Source: Candidatus Acetothermia bacterium
Lineage (GTDB): Bacteria > Bipolaricaulota > Bipolaricaulia > UBA7950
Direction: 5' to 3'
Length of the DNA stretch: 30,072 nt
Assembly: GCA_022684035.1 (NCBI GenBank)
Contig: JAJHSB010000023.1
Span: forward strand, 1 to 30,072
Positions 9,788-20,954 of the stretch are shown piece by piece; within the stretch, counting starts at the first letter, position 1; every line of letters starts with the position of its first letter. Below the pieces are notes generated by a model. That model made no database searches and was not told the origin of the DNA. It saw only the letters and a list, made by a program, of their open reading frames with translations. Both the position numbers and the translations under genes were made by a program.

Positions 9788-9891
9788 CAGCCGCGAAAAG
9801 GAGAGTATCGCCTCCAGACCTTGTCCGGTTAAGTGCGTCTTACTGACAGGTTGAATGACCACTTCGATAGGAACTTTAGACAACTGAATAG

Positions 9892-11136
9892 TTACTTATT
9901 TTTCCTACGGGTTTTACGGGTTAGACCTTGTGGTTCCAAGCTCACTTGCTCTCCGGCAAGCAAAGCAGCGATTCCTTCTCTCTCTCCCTGCTGTTGCTTG
10001 ATCGGAATCTCCTCTCTGATCTGCGGCTCGGTATAAACGGATATAACGCCTTCGTAGTTACGCACTACTACTTTATTATCAGTGCGCAAAAGCAGATATT
10101 GAGGTGAAAGCGGAATTTTCCCTCCCCCGCCTGGTGCATCGAGCACAAAGGTCGGTACTGCCAAGCCCGAGGTGTGGCCGCGTAATGATTCAATGATCTC
10201 TAACCCCTTCCCAACTGAGGTGCGGAAATGCTCTATCCCCTGCGATAGATCGCATTGGTAAAGATAGTACGGCCGCACTCTGATTTTGAGCAGTTTGTGC
10301 ACTAATTCTTTCATCACTTGCGAAGAGTCATTTATTCCGCGTAATAAGACTGATTGGTTCCCCAGCGGTATTCCAACATCTGCCAACCGCGCACAGGCAG
10401 CAGTAGAGGCAGATGTAATCTCTTTGGGATGATTAAATTGTACATTGACCCACAGCGGATGATATTTTTTCAGCATCATGCATAGTGTGTCAGTAATCCG
10501 CTGTGGCAGAACGACCGGCGCACGTGTCCCTAACCGGATGATCTCAACATGCTCGATCGCTCGTAACCGCTGAAGAATATATTCGAGCTTCTCATCGGAG
10601 ACCAAAAGAGAATCTCCACCGGAGAGGAGAACATCACGCACCTGAGGTGTCTGCTTAATATAGGTAATGACTTTGTCGATATCTTGGTATGAGAGCGCTC
10701 TATCGGTAGTACCGGCAATCCGTCGTCTGGTGCAGTGCCGGCAGTATACTGCGCACTGATAAGTGATCATAAAGAGCACTCGATCAGGGTAACGATGTGT
10801 CAAATGGGGTACCGGTGAATCGATATCTTCGTGGAGTGGATCTTCCATGTCACAACTTGCCTGACGCAGTTCGGCGTGTGAGGGAATCGCCTGCCGTCTG
10901 ATTGGACATTCGGGATTATGAAGATCTATAAGTGATAGCCAGTAAGGCGTGATTGCCATGCGAAACTTACTCAACGCATCTTTAATCCCTGCTGCCTCAT
11001 CGGCAGATAGTTTAACTAATCGTTCTAATTGTTCAAAGCTGGTGATCTTGTTCTGTAATTGCCAGTGCCAGTCATTCCATTTTTCCGGCTCAATCGTCGC
11101 CCATATTTCTTCCATCACCGTCTCTGTTGATTTCAT
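9892..11136 (-). CDS. kamA: Lysine 2,3-aminomutase (radical SAM, PLP-dependent)
   Basis: CAVYCRHCTRRR radical-SAM cysteine motif, plus conserved KamA blocks (MAITPYWLSLID, RQAIPS, SGGDSLL, YLYQCDLSQG). The chosen start is Met34 of the ORF-track ORF at 11136, with GGGAG 6 nt upstream. This gives 414 aa, the canonical KamA length, and removes the overlap with the upstream gene. Confidence 0.85.
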   Translation of the reverse strand: MKSTETVMEEIWATIEPEKWNDWHWQLQNKITSFEQLERLVKLSADEAAGIKDALSKFRMAITPYWLSLIDLHNPECPIRRQAIPSHAELRQASCDMEDPLHEDIDSPVPHLTHRYPDRVLFMITYQCAVYCRHCTRRRIAGTTDRALSYQDIDKVITYIKQTPQVRDVLLSGGDSLLVSDEKLEYILQRLRAIEHVEIIRLGTRAPVVLPQRITDTLCMMLKKYHPLWVNVQFNHPKEITSASTAACARLADVGIPLGNQSVLLRGINDSSQVMKELVHKLLKIRVRPYYLYQCDLSQGIEHFRTSVGKGLEIIESLRGHTSGLAVPTFVLDAPGGGGKIPLSPQYLLLRTDNKVVVRNYEGVISVYTEPQIREEIPIKQQQGEREGIAALLAGEQVSLEPQGLTRKTRRKNK

Positions 11137-11161
11137 CTTCATCTCCCTGTGTCGCTCAACT

Positions 11162-12199
11162 TCAACTGTAAAGTTGGTCAAACAGCTGGCGCAGCTGCGT
11201 ACTCTCTGCCAGTGCATGGAAGGAGATTTGTGCATGATCGCGTGTATATCCGTTACCGATCAACATAGTCACATCCTTTCCCACTCCCTCCGCTCCAAGC
11301 GCAGCAGCAGTGAAACTAGTCGCCATGCTGAAGAAATAGATCACGCCTCTCTCTTTTGTTGATAAAATCGTCGCCATTTCTGTTCCCGGAATATTCACGC
11401 AGTTGATCGTCACATCAGCGAGCGCGCCATCTGTAACCTTTTTGATCGCTTCTAATACCGCAAGCGGTTTAGTTGCATCCCCCTGGATGACTACATCGGC
11501 CCAACCTGTCTCTAAGGCGCGTTTATAGCTGGAATCACCGCGTGCCAGCGCGATCACCTTTCCGGTGGGCCCAGCCCGGCGCCGCGCTTCATAGAGGCAC
11601 AGCAGACCTGATTTGCCTCCCCCCCCAATGATGAAGACCGTATCACCCAACTGCACTAATCGCGCTGTCTGGGGCAGCGCTCCGGCAACATCGAGGAGAG
11701 CGAGCGCAATTCCGTCCGGTATCTCAGGCGGTAACTTGGCATAAACCCCGCTCTCAAAGAGAATCGCTTTCCCTGTGATATCGACTTGGTCGACTGCAAA
11801 CCTTATCTGATTGATCTTTTCGATGACGAGCGGGGTTAAGGTGAGTGAAACGAGCGTCGCGATGCGATCACCACATTTAAGATCAACCTTTCCCGCGAGG
11901 TCTTCACCAATCTCAATCACTGTTCCGATTAGCATTCCGCCGGAATCGGTAACCGGATTGTGATGTTTACCCCGCTTTCTTACGAGGTCGAGAATCATCT
12001 GCGAGGTTTGCTCGGTCTTTTCGTGTGTCTCTCGTTTGATCTGTGCGAAACTCGCTGCATCGATATTCAACCGCGTTACATCGATCAAAATCTCATTGGA
12101 ATAGATCTGAGGCGTATTATCGATCTTCCAAGCCGCCTGAGGCAATCCTCCTACCGGTTCAATTACTCGATGGCTTCCGTACGGACAACCGCGTTTCAT
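11162..12199 (-). CDS. kdd: Probable L-erythro-3,5-diaminohexanoate dehydrogenase (NAD(P)-dependent), the lysine fermentation pathway enzyme
   Basis: 345 aa. N-terminal GCPYGSHRVIEPxGxLPQ motif and an internal GGGGKSG dinucleotide-binding loop, as recalled for Kdd-family proteins. It lies 25 nt upstream of kamA on the same strand. Strong RBS GGAGG before the ATG. The assignment is from memory of the family and not from a search. Confidence 0.55.
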   Translation of the reverse strand: MKRGCPYGSHRVIEPVGGLPQAAWKIDNTPQIYSNEILIDVTRLNIDAASFAQIKRETHEKTEQTSQMILDLVRKRGKHHNPVTDSGGMLIGTVIEIGEDLAGKVDLKCGDRIATLVSLTLTPLVIEKINQIRFAVDQVDITGKAILFESGVYAKLPPEIPDGIALALLDVAGALPQTARLVQLGDTVFIIGGGGKSGLLCLYEARRRAGPTGKVIALARGDSSYKRALETGWADVVIQGDATKPLAVLEAIKKVTDGALADVTINCVNIPGTEMATILSTKERGVIYFFSMATSFTAAALGAEGVGKDVTMLIGNGYTRDHAQISFHALAESTQLRQLFDQLYS

Positions 12200-12415
12200 T
12201 ACTACCTCCTATATTTCATTATGCCGCAGGGCTATGCATATCTTTAAGTTTGTCATTATTGCTTTAGACAGTCATTTTATTATATCTAATTTTGCTTGTC
12301 ATGGAGAGGGCAGTAAGCCGAAATCCAGAGCACAGCGAAAGGGACACGGTAATCCCGTCATGTCCATGGCATCATTATCCTTATAGGGGCAGGCCCCTAC
12401 GACAGAGGCTAAAGC

Positions 12416-12511
12416 AACGGGATTGCTTCGCAGACTCACAATGACAGAAGGGATGCAACGTATCTTCTCTTTCTTGTCATTGCGAGAGCTCGCAGAACTC
12501 GTGGCAATCTC
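12416..12511. repeat. Two copies, in opposite orientation, of a small palindromic element (GTCATTGCGAG-N16-GCAATC). The same family recurs at 21578-21751
   Basis: 12416-12447 (rc) = CTGTCATTGTGAGTCTGCGAAGCAATCCCGTT. It matches 21597-21628 (CTGTCATTGCGAGTCTGCGAAGCAATCCCGTT) with one mismatch. 12476-12511 = GTCATTGCGAGAGCTCGCAGAACTCGTGGCAATCTC, which resembles the rc of 21716-21751. Confidence 0.6.
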
Positions 12512-12640
12512 ATTGATAAGGTCTATTTGGTTTGTAGAGTTCATTAAGGCAAGAGCCAAAACTTTGACCGTGATTCTTCAAACGTAAAACGTGAACCGCG
12601 TCCCCTAGTTTGTCCTATTTTTCTTTTTCTCTTTTTCTTA

Positions 12641-12657
12641 ACCATTCACCATTCACC
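12641..12657. repeat. TTTTTCTT-(A/C)ACCATTCACCATTCACC module, duplicated at 21681-21700
   Basis: An exact 17-nt match, plus a matching T-rich left flank, read at both loci. Confidence 0.5.
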
Positions 12658-12715
12658 GCTTTAAACTGTAAGGAACGATTATTAACCCAACTTGATTGCT
12701 GAACATAATGCCGCT

Positions 12716-14074
12716 TTATCTATTCTCTTCATCCCACGGTTCGATATGGACTGTGATGTTGACTGGCCTATGACAGGCCTTCTGTACCTCTGCTTCGACT
12801 TCTGTTGCAACTACGTGCGCTTCCTGCACGGACAGATTGCCGTTGACCTGCAGATGGAGGTCAACACAGATATTCCGCCCCATCCGGCGTGTTCGTAGTT
12901 TATGCCAACCGTAAACCTTAGACTGCTGAGCAAGCACTTGTTCAATCGCTATTTGTTCTTTGACTGACAACGCTCCTTCGGTCAATTCGTGTACGGAGTT
13001 CAGCAGAATCTTCCCGCCGGCGACAACGATCATCATACCAATGATTAATCCTGCTATTCCATCACCGCGCCCAAAATTAAGGAGCCCTACTACCCCTCCG
13101 AAGAGCACGGCTACCGAAGATAGAGCATCTGTGCGCTGATGCCAAGCATTGGCATATAAAAGCGAGCTACCCATCCGTTCTGCCGCTGCTTTCATCACTC
13201 GAAATAACCCTTCTTTGAGAAAGATAGAGAATACGGCAACGATCAATACACGCGGTCCGGGAAAGCGCATTATCCGTCGATGTAACGTAACTCCGGCAGT
13301 CCAGGCAAGAAAAATACCGATTCCAAGCAGTAAGAGTGCTACCGCGGCACTGGTGAGTGTCTCATACTTACCGTGTCCATAAGCATGATTAGAGTCAGCT
13401 GGCCGGGCCGCGCTTTTGATCGAAATAAGGACGAGACAATCGGTCGCCATATCAGATAGCGAATGAACCCCATCGGCTAATAACGCTAGGGAACCGATTG
13501 TCAAACCAACTCCCAACTTAACCGCGGCTAAAACAGAATTAATCAGCAGGCCAGCGCGAGTCAGGAAGATACTCTCCTTTACATCATCTTTGATCTTATC
13601 AAGCGGTAAGACCATATATATTCTGTCGGAGAGAGAAGATCCATTCTTCCGGCATCGCTCTTGTAAGATAACCGGCAGTTCTTCTTCAGCAACAGGAGTG
13701 AAGCCAATCCTGCCGAAATACTTCTCCGCTCGCTCGGTGGTAAGGAAGAGACGTCGCATGCCGCGTCTATGTGCCTCGTTGATCGCCCAATTAACCAGCC
13801 GTCTTCCCAAACCATGGTGACGAAAATCCGGATCTACGGCCAAGGAGATTATCAATCCATCCGGAGGAGCAACCACCACTCCCACGCAGCCGATCACTTT
13901 GTGACCGTCGCGTACAACCCCGCACTCGATCTTTTCGTGCTCCGGCCACTGCTGCAACAGACTGACCCGCCGCAGCAACATCTCTATCTTCTTTTGATCG
14001 ATTGGCGATGCTTTACTCACACAAAAGGTACTTCTTCGGCGAAATAGGTGGCAAAATCTAATGATCTTGTTCAT
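12716..14074 (-). CDS. In-frame fusion protein: N-terminal GNAT-family acetyltransferase domain joined to a cation diffusion facilitator (CDF, FieF/CzcD-like) metal efflux transporter
   Basis: The N-terminal ~150 aa have a GNAT core with acetyl-CoA loop RHHGLGRRLV. The C-terminal ~290 aa have six TM segments, HSLSD (TM2) and HQRTD (TM5) metal-site motifs, and a C-terminal cytoplasmic domain (NICVDLHLQVNGNLSVQEAH). It is a single uninterrupted 452-aa ORF. Confidence 0.7.
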   Translation of the reverse strand: MNKIIRFCHLFRRRSTFCVSKASPIDQKKIEMLLRRVSLLQQWPEHEKIECGVVRDGHKVIGCVGVVVAPPDGLIISLAVDPDFRHHGLGRRLVNWAINEAHRRGMRRLFLTTERAEKYFGRIGFTPVAEEELPVILQERCRKNGSSLSDRIYMVLPLDKIKDDVKESIFLTRAGLLINSVLAAVKLGVGLTIGSLALLADGVHSLSDMATDCLVLISIKSAARPADSNHAYGHGKYETLTSAAVALLLLGIGIFLAWTAGVTLHRRIMRFPGPRVLIVAVFSIFLKEGLFRVMKAAAERMGSSLLYANAWHQRTDALSSVAVLFGGVVGLLNFGRGDGIAGLIIGMMIVVAGGKILLNSVHELTEGALSVKEQIAIEQVLAQQSKVYGWHKLRTRRMGRNICVDLHLQVNGNLSVQEAHVVATEVEAEVQKACHRPVNITVHIEPWDEENR

Positions 14075-14151
14075 AAGTATCCTCGCAGTATCCCAGTAAT
14101 ACGAATCTCCATGCTGATTTAGATGTACGGGAGGCCACAGAGGAAAAACAA

Positions 14152-14270
14152 ACCAGGCGGCGTCCTACTCTCCCAGCCCCTTGCGAGGCAAGTACCATCG
14201 GCGCTGGAGAACTTAACTGCCGTGTTCGGGATGGGAACGGGTGTATCCTCTCCGCTATATGCCACCTGGA
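14152..14270 (-). rRNA. rrf: 5S ribosomal RNA
   Basis: The reverse complement aligns to the bacterial 5S rRNA. Helix I pairs CCAGGUGGC with GCCGCCUGG, and the conserved CCGAACACGG...GUACUUGCC core is present. A U-run follows the 3' end. Confidence 0.85.
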
Positions 14271-14321
14271 ATTTCTGATATTGCACTTAAAACCAATGAA
14301 AAATGAAGAGAATGTATGTTA

Positions 14322-17300
<2,979 letters not shown>

Positions 17301-17363
17301 ATACATACTATTCACTTTTCAATGATCAAACTTTACCACCCTGTTGCCAAGGGGTAAATATTA

Positions 17364-17503
17364 ATATTAACTACTCTGGCAGATTTTGTCAAGTCCAGAG
17401 ATTACCTTTAATATTAACTACTCTGGTAGATTTTGTCAAGTCCAGAGATTAGCTTCTGTCAAAATGTATCACATAGTATAGAGGATCGTTTATTATTTGT
17501 CAA
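17364..17503 (-). promoter_or_regulatory. Three tandem near-consensus sigma70 promoters for the 23S-5S unit (minus strand). Each is TTGACA-N17-TAATAT or TATACT. Two of them lie in a 47-bp direct repeat
   Basis: On the minus strand: P1 has -35 at 17392-17387 and -10 at 17369-17364. P2 has -35 at 17439-17434 and -10 at 17416-17411. P3 has -35 at 17503-17498 and -10 TATACT at 17480-17475. All three spacers are exactly 17 nt. Repeat copy 1 is 17362-17404 and copy 2 is 17409-17451, with one mismatch. Confidence 0.6.
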
Positions 17504-17550
17504 GTTTACTTAACATGTTTAATTATGGTCGGCGCATTAAGACTCACTGA

Positions 17551-17579
17551 TTGAATAATGCAGTTATAGCCGCTATAAT
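17551..17579 (+). promoter_or_regulatory. Divergent sigma70 promoter for tRNA-Ser: TTGAAT-N17-TATAAT, with the -10 ending 8 nt before the mature tRNA 5' end
   Basis: -35 TTGAAT at 17551-17556. Exact 17-nt spacer. Perfect -10 TATAAT at 17574-17579. Confidence 0.5.
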
Positions 17580-17587
17580 TAATAGTA

Positions 17588-17674
17588 GGAGGGATGACCG
17601 AATGGTAAGGAGCCGGTCTCGAAAACCGGTAAGGCCGTAAGGCCCTCGGGGTTCGAATCCCCGTCCCTCCGCCA
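17588..17674 (+). tRNA. tRNA-Ser (anticodon CGA), class II with long variable arm, CCA encoded
   Basis: Acceptor GGAGGGA/TCCCTCC. Anticodon arm CCGGT-CTCGAAA-ACCGG, nearly identical to E. coli serV. T-loop GGTTCGAATCC. Ends GCCA. Confidence 0.85.
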
Positions 17675-17946
17675 GTTTACAATTTCAGCTTTTACCGTTA
17701 TTTGCCGCGCAGCTTCGCCGCTCGGCAGGTCGTCAGCGGCGGAGACAACCCATTTTACAACAATTTGCCATACTCAGCATGAAACGCAAGATCTCCGGCG
17801 GGCACCGCTCCTCAGAGGGAGCAAGTAAGCACACAATTCTAATGAGTATGTTGGCGACCTATCGAGAGCGCGGGGATGATTTTCTGACTATCATTTACGG
17901 GGTGTTCAGGGTAGCAATTACTTCACCAAGCTGAATAGTTACAATT

Positions 17947-18372
17947 TCATTTTTTGGTGTTGATCGTTACTTTGCGGTTCTCAAAATCAAGATAGGTAAT
18001 GGTAACAGAAATATCACTTAGTTCGTCCATCTCAGCGATATGGTCGGCCCATTCGACCACTGTGACTCCCTCTGCCGGGGGAAGTAGTTCGTCGAGCCCC
18101 ACTTCACGCAACTCGGTCATCGAATAGATGCGGTATGCATCGAGATGATGCAGCACCAGCTGTCCGTAATACTCTTTGGCCAATAGATAGCTGGGTGATG
18201 TAATCTCGCAATTGATCAACAATCCTTTGCCGATTCCTTTAACTAATGTTGTCTTTCCAGTTCCCACTTCACCGACTAAGGAGACTACCATACCATCACG
18301 CAATGACAATGCAAGCTCAATGCCGATCTTTTCTGTCTCCTCGCTGCTGTGTGTGATGATCACTTTATTCAT
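17947..18372 (-). CDS. tsaE: tRNA threonylcarbamoyladenosine (t6A) biosynthesis protein TsaE (YjeE-type P-loop ATPase)
   Basis: 141 aa. Walker A GEVGTGKTT, and the characteristic SPSYLLAKEY / HLDAYR motifs. It lies 9 nt downstream of pheT on the same strand. Confidence 0.8.
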   Translation of the reverse strand: MNKVIITHSSEETEKIGIELALSLRDGMVVSLVGEVGTGKTTLVKGIGKGLLINCEITSPSYLLAKEYYGQLVLHHLDAYRIYSMTELREVGLDELLPPAEGVTVVEWADHIAEMDELSDISVTITYLDFENRKVTINTKK

Positions 18373-18381
18373 CGTGACTGA

Positions 18382-20757
18382 TCACTTTCGAATGTGGACA
18401 TCGATCTTTTGTAATTCTCGCTCTATTTGCGTTATAATCGCATCGACCTCTTTATCAGTCAACGTGCGATCTGCCGCCTTAAACGAAATTTCATAGGTTA
18501 AGCTGCGGTTAGGTGCAAATTTCTCCCCTTGATAGATATCATAGAGGAAGAGATTCTCTACTTCTGGATGAACAGAGATCACTTGCCGAATCATCGCTTC
18601 TTCCAGAGCAGGAGGAACGAGTAGTGAAAGATCACGATTGCAAGGGGGGAACTTGGACAGCGGCACGAACTCTCTACCTCTTTCATCGACGACAAATTGT
18701 GATAATTCGTACAAGCTGATTTCAAAGAGGATAATCCGTGCTGATTGAGGCAGGGACTCTGCTACCGTTGGCATAAGTTCTCCGAACCATCCGATTTGGT
18801 GACCCGCGATTTCGATTCTTCCGTTTCGAGCCGGATGGATGAACAAAAGAGAGTGATCAGAACGGAAACTGACTCTCTGATCTGTGATCGCGGTAAGGAG
18901 CGACTGAATGATCCCTTTCACTTCCAGTAAGTCGATTTGTGCTTTGCCTTCTAACGGAATCACTTTACGCCCGAAAAGAGCGCCAGCAAGGAATTCCCGT
19001 TCACCTTGGGAGCGTGAGAATGTCCTTCCCAGTTCAAAGATCATCCCCCCAATGACACGGTGATTGAGATTGTGTTCAACTGTACTCATTAGTCCCGGAA
19101 TCAGAGACCCGCGAAGAGTCTTCTGGCTAATGGTCATCGGGTTCTGCACCATCACCAGATCGTCGTTGATGAGCGACAGTCGTTCGCTCCACTTCTCGTT
19201 GGTAAATCCATCGGTGATGATTTCAGTCAATCCCAAGCCAACAAGGATTGATCGCACATCGCGCTTAAATCTCTCAATGCGATCGGTCTTGCCTATTTCC
19301 AACATCCCTCGCGGCTGTATAGTAGGGATGTTGGCATAGCCATAGATACGGGCGATCTCTTCACACAGATCGATCTCACGCTCTAAGTCAGTGCGAAAGG
19401 AGGGAATCTCGGCCTGTAGATCATCACCTATTGCTGTTACTTTGATCTCCAGCCGCTGCAGAATCGCAATGATCTCTTCACGACTGATCGGGCAACCGAG
19501 AAGCTGATGTATCTTTGGCAGCCGCAAGGTGACAGATAGAGGTTTGCGCGGAGCAGGGTATCGATCGACTATCCCCGCCAGCACGCGACAATCAGTAAGC
19601 TCCTGCAAGAGAGAGCAAGCGCGATTTGCCGCTTGCGTTGTCATCTGCGGATCGAGTCCGCGCTCAAAGCGGTACGACGCCTCTGTTGAGAGAGAGAGAG
19701 CACGTGCACTCCGGCGGATGGTGATCGGATTAAAACAAGCTGCTTCAAGAAGGATGCGCGTTGTATAGTGATGTAGTTCGCTCCTTTCTCCGCCCATTAC
19801 ACCGGCGATCGCCACTGGGCCGGTGGTATCAGCGATCAACAGCGTCGTTGAATTGAGAGTATGATCAATTCCATCCAGAGTGCGAAATACTTCCTTGTGA
19901 TGGGCGCGCCGGATAATTATCTCTTCAGCAAGCGAATCATAATCGAACGGATGCAGAGGATGACCCAGCTCGAGCATCACATAGTTGGTTACATCGACCG
20001 CATTAAAGAGAGACCGCATCCCCGCCTTAATCAGACGGTGCTCCAGCCATAACGGCGAAGGCCCGATTGTGACTCCCTCAATAATGCGGGCACTGTAACG
20101 TGGAGTATCCTGCGGGTCTTCAATTGTGATTCTTACCAATTCATCGGCCTGCTGGGACTCCTCGCGCAGCTGGACTACGGGGTACTTCAGCTTAGTCTGC
20201 ATGATCGCTGCGACTTCGCGTGCGATCCCGAAAATTCCTAAGCAATCAGAACGGTTTGAGAAGACTTTGATATCGAAGATGAAATCATCAAACTCCAGCA
20301 AAGAGGCGAGATCAGTTCCTAAAGCAATATCAAGCTGCGGCTTGAAGTTCCATATTCCCTCTGATTTGGCTTCCAATCCCAGTTCTTCTTTTGAGCAGAT
20401 CATTCCCATCGATCTCACTCCGCAGATCTTTCTCTTTTCAATCACGACTCCAGTCGGTAGGCGGCCAGCAGCGCGAATCACTGGGACTTTACCCCCCACG
20501 ATAAGATTCGGTGCTCCGCATACAACCTCGATCTCCTCGTCACCGAGGTCAAGCTGACAGATAGAAAGATGCTCAGCATGGGGATGCGGCCGTTGATCGA
20601 TCACCTTACCGACAACAGCTCCACTTACTTTTCCGATCCGTGTAATCCCTTCAACCTCTAACCCAGATGCAGTGAGCCGCTCAGCCAATTCTTCTACGCT
20701 CTTCTCGTCGAAAGCCAAGGGAACATATTCAGCGAGCCAGCGCAACGGAACCTTCAT
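18382..20757 (-). CDS. pheT: Phenylalanine--tRNA ligase beta subunit
   Basis: 791 aa. N-terminal MKVPLRWLAEYV, a tRNA-binding (OB) domain, B3/B4 and B5 domains, and the C-terminal FDIYQGEK...LTYEISFKA anticodon-binding motif, all typical of PheT. RBS GGAGAGGAG. No pheS gene is present upstream. Confidence 0.9.
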   Translation of the reverse strand: MKVPLRWLAEYVPLAFDEKSVEELAERLTASGLEVEGITRIGKVSGAVVGKVIDQRPHPHAEHLSICQLDLGDEEIEVVCGAPNLIVGGKVPVIRAAGRLPTGVVIEKRKICGVRSMGMICSKEELGLEAKSEGIWNFKPQLDIALGTDLASLLEFDDFIFDIKVFSNRSDCLGIFGIAREVAAIMQTKLKYPVVQLREESQQADELVRITIEDPQDTPRYSARIIEGVTIGPSPLWLEHRLIKAGMRSLFNAVDVTNYVMLELGHPLHPFDYDSLAEEIIIRRAHHKEVFRTLDGIDHTLNSTTLLIADTTGPVAIAGVMGGERSELHHYTTRILLEAACFNPITIRRSARALSLSTEASYRFERGLDPQMTTQAANRACSLLQELTDCRVLAGIVDRYPAPRKPLSVTLRLPKIHQLLGCPISREEIIAILQRLEIKVTAIGDDLQAEIPSFRTDLEREIDLCEEIARIYGYANIPTIQPRGMLEIGKTDRIERFKRDVRSILVGLGLTEIITDGFTNEKWSERLSLINDDLVMVQNPMTISQKTLRGSLIPGLMSTVEHNLNHRVIGGMIFELGRTFSRSQGEREFLAGALFGRKVIPLEGKAQIDLLEVKGIIQSLLTAITDQRVSFRSDHSLLFIHPARNGRIEIAGHQIGWFGELMPTVAESLPQSARIILFEISLYELSQFVVDERGREFVPLSKFPPCNRDLSLLVPPALEEAMIRQVISVHPEVENLFLYDIYQGEKFAPNRSLTYEISFKAADRTLTDKEVDAIITQIERELQKIDVHIRK

Positions 20758-20925
20758 TCTTTACTCCTCTCCCAAGTACGATCGTTGTGTAACTATTCAG
20801 ATATTTAGGTTGAAAGCTGAAGTAGGTTGAAGGTTGAAGCCCGAAGGCTGAAGTATTTTAGCCATCCTTAATCCTTCTACCTTCCACCTTCAGCCTTCCA
20901 CTATTGTACTACACGCTTTGATTGC

Positions 20926-20954
20926 TTGACAACTCAAAGAGAAAGACTTAAACT
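20926..20954 (+). promoter_or_regulatory. Putative sigma70 promoter for tRNA-Leu: TTGACA-N17-TAAACT, 13 nt upstream of the tRNA
   Basis: Consensus -35 TTGACA at 20926-20931. 17-nt spacer. -10 TAAACT at 20949-20954. Confidence 0.45.

Noticed and set aside
9788-9891. Intrinsic terminator between the convergent beta-helix and kamA genes (GGAGgcgatactCTCC + TTTT on the minus strand)
   Set aside because: The stem is only 4 bp, which is too weak to call.
11137-11235. N-terminal 33-codon extension of the kamA ORF overlapping the end of kdd
   Set aside because: An internal ATG with RBS gives the canonical 414-aa KamA, which begins at the conserved WNDWxWQ region. The extension would overlap kdd by 74 nt.
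12299-12559. 86-aa minus-strand ORF in the kdd leader
   Set aside because: It lies wholly within the palindromic repeat elements. There is no RBS, and the protein is low-complexity.
12200-12715. Lysine riboswitch (L-box) upstream of kdd-kamA
   Set aside because: No L-box conserved segments were recognised. The region is explained by repeat elements plus a TATAAT box.
17362-17451. 47-bp direct repeats considered as a possible CRISPR array
   Set aside because: There are only two copies plus a partial third, with no unique spacers of the right size and no cas genes. Each copy is a complete -35/-10 promoter on the minus strand.
17777-17947. 56-codon ORF (MKRKISGGHRSSEG...) between tRNA-Ser and tsaE
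   Set aside because: No RBS, biased composition, and a convergent-terminator region. It is likely non-coding.
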